Shown piece by piece: positions 6,540-11,053 of a stretch of DNA of 11,053 bases. The notes under the pieces were generated by a model that was given only the letters and a program-made list of their open reading frames with translations, was not told where the DNA came from and searched no databases. The position numbers and the translations under genes were made by a program. Origin of the DNA: Candidatus Hydrothermarchaeales archaeon (GTDB taxonomy: Archaea; Hydrothermarchaeota; Hydrothermarchaeia; Hydrothermarchaeales; JAZGAD01); the NCBI GenBank assembly GCA_036444275.1, contig JAZGAD010000049.1, positions 1 to 11,053 of the forward strand, in the 5' to 3' direction. How positions within the stretch are numbered: the stretch's first letter is position 1; the number at the start of each line of letters is the position of its first letter.

Positions 6540-7045
6540 AGGTCGTGATTTTGAGACTGGGACACCGCCTGTTAAGAGACAAGCGCACAACGACACACGT
6601 AGCCCTTGTGGCTAGAGCATTTGGTGCGCAGGGTATGGTTATGAATGTTGATGACGAAAGGATACGAAGAAGCATCAAGAAGGTAACAAAACGCTGGGGA
6701 GGCGAGTTCTTTGTAGAGGTAACAAAAGACTGGAGGGACTACGTGAAGAACTGGAAGGGCAAGGTTGCACATCTAACCATGTACGGCATACCCGTGGAAG
6801 AATCTGTGAAGCACATACGGAAAGAGAATTGTGATTTCCTAGTAGTAGTCGGCTCGGAGAAGGTCCCCAAGAGTATCTTTGACTTGGCTGACTACAATGT
6901 TTCTATTACTAACCAACCACATTCCGAGGTGGCTGCTCTCGCAGTATTCCTGGATAGACTATTTGAGGGGAAAGAACTATCTAGGGATTTTAAGGGCGAA
7001 CTTACGGTCATTCCTTCTGAAAGAGAGAAGAGGCTGGCAACCTAG
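6536..7045 (+). CDS. trm56: tRNA (cytidine(56)-2'-O)-methyltransferase aTrm56 (SPOUT)
   Basis: LRLGHR..RDKR.TTHVALVARAFGA, VAHLTMYG, VVVGSEKVP and NVSITNQPHSEVAALAVFLDRL. ATGA overlap with the cdc6 stop. Confidence 0.96.
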   Translation: MKVVILRLGHRLLRDKRTTTHVALVARAFGAQGMVMNVDDERIRRSIKKVTKRWGGEFFVEVTKDWRDYVKNWKGKVAHLTMYGIPVEESVKHIRKENCDFLVVVGSEKVPKSIFDLADYNVSITNQPHSEVAALAVFLDRLFEGKELSRDFKGELTVIPSEREKRLAT

Positions 7046-8161
7046 ATGGAATCCCTATTGGTAATCGGCTTGCATACCAGGCCGGCAGTCTTCTCTGCTA
7101 AGGCCTTGGGCTACGAAGTCTACTCCGTAGATTATTTCGGAAGCATGGACTTGAAGGAGAAGGCAGACCTTTCCAGGTCCATAATTGAACAAAGACCTGG
7201 TGCCTCTATGGGCCGAATATCCGAGAATTACTCGGATGCCAAGCTCGTGGAACTCGCAAAGGATATAGATGCAGATAAAACCATCCTCACTTCCACCCTT
7301 GAACCAAATAGAAAGACGCTCGGTACTAATCCAAAGAGAATGAAGCAAATTAAGGATAAGTGGCGGCAACTTCAAAAAGTGGAAAGGCTAGGCATACACA
7401 TCCCCAGGAGCGAACTAGCTCGTTCTAGAAAGGAGATAGTAGAGATATCAAGAAATCTTAAGTTTCCATTAATAATTAAGCCGGTGCGGGGGGATGGTGG
7501 TAAGAAGGTGCTTCTTCTTCACAATATTGATGAGATACCAGAGATAGAGAAACCCCATATAGTCCAGGAATACGTAAAAGGGAGACCTATAAGCGTATCC
7601 ACTTTGTCTACAAAGAAGGAAAGTAGGGCGATATCTTCGAGCTTGCAGATTCTTGGCTCCAGATTTCTAAATCAAAGGGGATTCGCCTACTGTGGGAGTG
7701 TCGTTCCCTATAAATGTAGTGATGTGGCGTTTAGAGAGGCTGAGGAGATATGTAGGGTGTTCGGTGTGTCTGGGTGGAATGGTGTGGATTTCATAGAGAC
7801 GAATGGGCGCTGTATCTTCATGGAGATAAACTCAAGATTTCAAGGAACCTATGACTGTGTGGAGCTGGTATACGGCTTGAATCTTGTCGATGCTCATATC
7901 AAGGCGTGCGAAGGAGAACTGATGCCAGCTTCAATAGCTAAGGGATATTCCATTAGGTTGACCATTTATGCAGGAGAAAGATCCATCGTTTGTGGAGACC
8001 TAGCTCTTCTAGCCAGGGACATACCTTGTAGGGATGTCGTAGTAGAAAAGGGAGAGCCAATCACTACAGTAGTAACTTGGAGTCCCACTCGCAGTGCAGC
8101 GATTCTAGAAGCCAAGGAGCAGGCAAAGCGTATCTACAGGGAGTTCATTTCTAACGTGTGA
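7046..8161 (+). CDS. ATP-grasp domain protein (predicted ATP-dependent carboligase, COG2232 type)
   Basis: VDYFGSMDL, DKWRQ, FPLIIKPVRGDGG, IVQEYVKG..ISVS, GWNGVDF, MEINSRFQG and GEPITTV. The ATG immediately follows the trm56 stop. Confidence 0.85.
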   Translation: MESLLVIGLHTRPAVFSAKALGYEVYSVDYFGSMDLKEKADLSRSIIEQRPGASMGRISENYSDAKLVELAKDIDADKTILTSTLEPNRKTLGTNPKRMKQIKDKWRQLQKVERLGIHIPRSELARSRKEIVEISRNLKFPLIIKPVRGDGGKKVLLLHNIDEIPEIEKPHIVQEYVKGRPISVSTLSTKKESRAISSSLQILGSRFLNQRGFAYCGSVVPYKCSDVAFREAEEICRVFGVSGWNGVDFIETNGRCIFMEINSRFQGTYDCVELVYGLNLVDAHIKACEGELMPASIAKGYSIRLTIYAGERSIVCGDLALLARDIPCRDVVVEKGEPITTVVTWSPTRSAAILEAKEQAKRIYREFISNV

Positions 8162-8182
8162 TGGTCCCTTGATTCCAATTTA

Positions 8183-8198
8183 CCCAAAAATATAATAA
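8183..8198 (+). promoter_or_regulatory. Putative BRE/TATA promoter for tfe
   Basis: CCCAAAAATATAATAA in the intergenic gap. An SD GGAGGT at 8233-8238 precedes the TTG start. Confidence 0.45.
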
Positions 8199-8244
8199 TG
8201 GGCAGTGAGAATATTATAACGGCTGTATAATTGGAGGTAGTTTT

Positions 8245-8757
8245 TTGGACGATGGGAAATTAGTTCACAACGAAGAAGTTAGAGAATTTTTGTTGGGCAT
8301 AGTAAGTGATGAAGGACTGGATGTGGTTCAAGCTATAACAGGCAAAGAGGTCACGGACGAGGAGTTGTCTGAAGAAACAGGCCTTAAGCTGAATATCATT
8401 AGGAGGATTCTGTACAAGTTATATGACTACCGCCTAGCTAGCTATATCAGGACAAAGGACAAGGATATAGGCTGGTATACCTATACTTGGAAATTGGACT
8501 TGAGTAAGGTCTCTGATATCCTCAGTGAGAGGAAGAGAAGGATGTTGGAAGGGCTTATGAGGAATCTGGAATTCGAGACTGGCCATGTATTCTTTACATG
8601 TAAGAACGACAACTCCAAGGTACCTTTCTATATAGCCGGTGAGAATAATTTCAAGTGCCCTCAGTGCAATGAGATTATGGATTACGCAGATAATCGAGGA
8701 GTGGTTATGAACCTTGAAAAGGAGATCAAGCGTCTTAAAAAAGAGATTCGCCATTGA
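8245..8757 (+). CDS. tfe: Transcription factor E (TFE alpha)
   Basis: Winged helix EVTDEELSEETGLKLNIIRRILYKLY, GWYTYTW, FE..HVFF.C...F.CPQC Zn ribbon and a C-terminal coiled coil. Confidence 0.95.
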   Translation: MDDGKLVHNEEVREFLLGIVSDEGLDVVQAITGKEVTDEELSEETGLKLNIIRRILYKLYDYRLASYIRTKDKDIGWYTYTWKLDLSKVSDILSERKRRMLEGLMRNLEFETGHVFFTCKNDNSKVPFYIAGENNFKCPQCNEIMDYADNRGVVMNLEKEIKRLKKEIRH

Positions 8758-9238
8758 GCTCCTGAGAAAACAGGGGTGTTCTGAGGATATAATCCAACAC
8801 TGCCTAGCTGTTTCTAATAACGCATTAAAGATAGTGGATAAGGTCAATATTCCAGTAAATAGGGATCTAATTGAGATCGGAGCCATTCTTCATGATATAG
8901 GCAGGTGCAGAACGCAGGGTATAGATCATGTCACTGTTGGGGGGGAGATTGCTAGGCAGCTAGGCCTGCCAGAAGAAATAGCCAGGATAATAGAGCGCCA
9001 CATTGGAGCTGGGATCATTGCTGAAGAGGCTAGAGTTCTGGGCTTGCCACCAAGGGACTACATACCCATAACTCCTGAGGAGAAGATCGTCTCTTATGCC
9101 GATAACCTTACTATAGGCCTACGAATGTCAAGCTTCGAGGAGAGCCTAGAGAGGTTCAAGAGGCTCTTAGGAGAGGGGCATCCAGCTGTGGCGAGATTCC
9201 AGAGTATGCACCACGAGCTACAAGACTGGATTAATTAA
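8714..9238 (+). CDS. HD-domain metal-dependent phosphohydrolase (TIGR00295-like)
   Basis: IIQHC..V, GAILHDIGR, DH...GG, IIERHIGAGI and EEKIVSYADNL. A usual neighbour of tfe; it overlaps the 3' end of tfe, so the start is uncertain. Confidence 0.9.
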   Translation: MKRRSSVLKKRFAIELLRKQGCSEDIIQHCLAVSNNALKIVDKVNIPVNRDLIEIGAILHDIGRCRTQGIDHVTVGGEIARQLGLPEEIARIIERHIGAGIIAEEARVLGLPPRDYIPITPEEKIVSYADNLTIGLRMSSFEESLERFKRLLGEGHPAVARFQSMHHELQDWIN

Positions 9239-9735
9239 TAAATAGTAACCTTTTTTACCCCCTCTATTTTACGAAGTTCATTAATGAGTTCTCCTGGTAT
9301 TTCGCCCTCAGTTATCACCGTCAGCTCAGGACTCTCAAGTAGATAGGGATCCTCGGCTAGGGCCTGGCGTATTGATATCCTGTGCTCCGCTATTCTGCTG
9401 GTAATACTTCCAATTATTCCAGGCTTAGAGGCGTCGTCAGCAGTAATCACGATAACATTCAAGCCCATAGCTGGTGCTGATTCTCTGAGGAAAGCTATGG
9501 GCTGGAGTTTTGAATATACTTCCCCCAGTTTCTTGTTCTCTAGAATCCGTGTTGTCGTTGCATCTACAACCCTCCGGTCTACCCCAAGCTCCTTTGCTAT
9601 CTGGGTATGAGGGATCTCCAGCTTGCCACACAATACTTTTCCATTTTTGATACGCAGTCCCCTCCTAAGCAGTAAGATAGCCACTCTCTTCTGGGCCGGG
9701 AACTTCTTGAAATATGTTTCTAGTTCACTCCACAT
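9235..9735 (-). CDS. ACT-domain protein with an N-terminal HTH-like region (predicted regulator of amino acid metabolism, COG2150 type)
   Basis: MW..L..YF..FPAQ.RVA..LL..GL, IAKELGVDRRVV and a C-terminal ACT fold (PGIIGSITSRIAEHRISIRQ...EDP...LRKIEGVKKVTIY). Confidence 0.88.
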   Translation of the reverse strand: MWSELETYFKKFPAQKRVAILLLRRGLRIKNGKVLCGKLEIPHTQIAKELGVDRRVVDATTTRILENKKLGEVYSKLQPIAFLRESAPAMGLNVIVITADDASKPGIIGSITSRIAEHRISIRQALAEDPYLLESPELTVITEGEIPGELINELRKIEGVKKVTIY

Positions 9736-9784
9736 CTCATCCTACCCGTGCTTTTCATTTCACCATGCGGCTTAAGCGATTGAA

Positions 9785-9858
9785 TGGGCCCGCCGGGATT
9801 TGAACCCGGGTTATAAGGTCCGCAACCTTATGTCCTATCCAGGCTAGACTACGAGCCC
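9785..9858 (-). tRNA. tRNA-Arg (anticodon GCG), intronless, CCA not encoded
   Basis: Minus strand reads GGGCTCG-TA-GTCT-AGCCTGGATA-GGAC-A-TAAGG-TTGCGGA-CCTTA-TAAC-CCGGG-TTCAAAT-CCCGG-CGGGCCC-A. This gives a full cloverleaf with A20, the arginine identity element. Confidence 0.96.
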
Positions 9859-9902
9859 ATCTCACTTCATATTTACCGCCACTACTTTATCTTGCTAGGT
9901 GC

Positions 9903-9916
9903 AATATATACTCTTT
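9903..9916 (-). promoter_or_regulatory. Putative BRE/TATA promoter of tRNA-Arg
   Basis: Minus strand AAAGAGTATATATT lies about 45-55 nt upstream of the mature tRNA 5' end. Confidence 0.5.
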
Positions 9917-10841
9917 ATTCAATCTCAATGTTTCTTAGCGCCTTCTCCAAATAGTGGTTCATCTCTGTTGTATATCCATGGGTCTTCGTAGTTATTTTGT
10001 AGAAGGCCTTAGGCTCTCTAGCTAGGGAAATAGTATATTCGGCTTCCTGAATGGGTATTACTTCATCGTTTTCAGAGTGAATCATAACCAGCCCACGAGG
10101 TGATATCATAGAGACATAGGTGTTTGGATCTATGGACTTGAAGAATCTCAACTCTTCCTGATTCAAAGTGGCAGGCAATCTATAGCCAGCGGTGCTTATT
10201 CCAATTACACCTGCAATACTTGGGTCTATAGCACCTGCTATTATTGCAAATCTTCCTCCCATGCTCTCGCCAGCAATATACACATCTTCAATCTCCGGGA
10301 AGCTCCTCATGCAGTCTATGGCGCGGAGGGCATCATATACCATCTTATGCTGTATCGGCTCCTCACCTCTTAGAAAGGTACGGTAGTCCTCCTCGATGCT
10401 CGTTACATAGCCATCTGTCTCACCGTGGCCCCTCTGGTCAAGGGTGAGGGTAGCGTATCCCAGCTGCCTAAGTACGTCTGCTAATCCCTGCTGTCCTTCC
10501 TTTGGAACCCCGGCTCCAGGTAGGAGAACCATGCCAGGGACCTTGGATTTGTCCCTTGGGATGCGTAGCAGTCCATAGACCTTTAAACCCTTGCTCTGGT
10601 AGGTGACCTTTTCCAAGGTATACGCCTCTCCACCCTCTAAGGGGGCTCTCACGCATGTTAGCGATCCGCGCTTCTGGGGGTAATTCAGTATTCCTCCCTT
10701 AGATACGCTCCAAGCCTCTGGGCTACCCTTGGGTACAAGGAGGAAGTATAGGGAGATAAGCAGGACGGCAAACACTACTAGTGCCCTTATAGGGGCATGC
10801 TTTTTTTTCTTACTTCGTTTGTTATTGCGTTTCTTTCCCAT
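9915..10841 (-). CDS. Membrane-anchored alpha/beta hydrolase (esterase/peptidase family)
   Basis: Basic N-terminus followed by a hydrophobic helix (ALVVFAVLLISLYFLLV), LDQRGHGET, nucleophile elbow GESMGG, HSENDEVIP (Asp) and THGY (His). Confidence 0.88.
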   Translation of the reverse strand: MGKKRNNKRSKKKKHAPIRALVVFAVLLISLYFLLVPKGSPEAWSVSKGGILNYPQKRGSLTCVRAPLEGGEAYTLEKVTYQSKGLKVYGLLRIPRDKSKVPGMVLLPGAGVPKEGQQGLADVLRQLGYATLTLDQRGHGETDGYVTSIEEDYRTFLRGEEPIQHKMVYDALRAIDCMRSFPEIEDVYIAGESMGGRFAIIAGAIDPSIAGVIGISTAGYRLPATLNQEELRFFKSIDPNTYVSMISPRGLVMIHSENDEVIPIQEAEYTISLAREPKAFYKITTKTHGYTTEMNHYLEKALRNIEIE

Positions 10842-10863
10842 TTTTATCGCCTAGGATAAGGAA

Positions 10864-11053
10864 TTAAGTAGTCTTCCAGGCTTTTACTACTAATCTGCTT
10901 TGGGTTAGGGTTCGCCCTCCTTTGTCAAGGTATTTGATGAGTTCATTCCAATTCTTCCTAGCCCATCTCCTAGTCTTATAGGTCCTTATGACCTCTTCTT
11001 TTGAAGGGAGCTTAATCTGCCATCTCTCTATTCCAAGATATTCTACTTTGAAT
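10864..11053 (-). CDS. C-terminal fragment of a protein entering from the right edge (possibly a class I SAM methyltransferase C-terminus)
   Basis: Not in the ORF track. Open frame FKVEYLGIERWQIKLPSKEEVIRTYKTRRWARKNWNELIKYLDKGGRTLTQSRLVVKAWKTT* ends at TAA 10864, 22 nt before the hydrolase ATG. The product guess rests only on the terminal beta-strand pattern. Confidence 0.6.
   Translation of the reverse strand, partial: FKVEYLGIERWQIKLPSKEEVIRTYKTRRWARKNWNELIKYLDKGGRTLTQSRLVVKAWKTT

Noticed and set aside
8596-8670. TFE zinc ribbon with only three cysteines (CKND...CPQC)
   Set aside because: Substitution of the second ligand by Asp or other residues is a known variation in archaeal TFE, so this is not evidence of novelty or decay.
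9235-9238. Convergent HD and ACT genes share a palindromic TTAA stop
   Set aside because: A common feature of compact genomes.
9785-9858. tRNA as an integration (att) site for the AT-rich islet
   Set aside because: It is more than 4 kb from the islet, no duplicated tRNA 3' fragment was seen, and there is no integrase in the window.
164-10656. Numerous short alternative-frame and antisense ORFs in the ORF track (e.g. 225-590 +, 8434-8886 -, 7055-7375 -, 3498-3758 -)
   Set aside because: They overlap well-supported genes and show no recognisable motifs, so they are treated as shadow ORFs.
1-11053. CRISPR array, rRNA, intein or transposase
   Set aside because: No regularly spaced repeats, rRNA-like segments or transposase motifs were seen. 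The RpoL insert lacks intein splice-junction residues (C/S start, HN end).

Overview
Archaeal (euryarchaeal-type) chromosomal window. Most of it is information-processing housekeeping genes. On the minus strand: METTL5-like RNA methyltransferase, csl4, rpoL and an RNase III-like gene (truncated at the left edge). Then a stand-alone hisB, a small zinc-ribbon ORF, and the cluster cdc6/orc1 - trm56 - ATP-grasp - tfe - HD protein. At the right end, on the minus strand: an ACT-domain protein, tRNA-Arg(GCG), a membrane-anchored alpha/beta hydrolase and a truncated ORF. Two things stand out. (1) An AT-rich two-gene islet (about 3447-5382) directly upstream of cdc6 encodes a spore-photoproduct-lyase-like radical SAM enzyme and a TcmP-like (three-Cys-motif partner) SAM-dependent methyltransferase-fold protein. 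The latter ends in a PCNA-interacting (PIP-box-like) motif and probably starts at a non-canonical ATT codon. This is a candidate clamp-coupled DNA base-modification or repair system. (2) The RNA polymerase subunit RpoL/Rpo11 carries an internal insertion of about 70 aa with a tandem helix-hairpin-helix domain, reminiscent of the bacterial alpha-CTD. Family assignments come from motif recognition by eye; no database searches were run.
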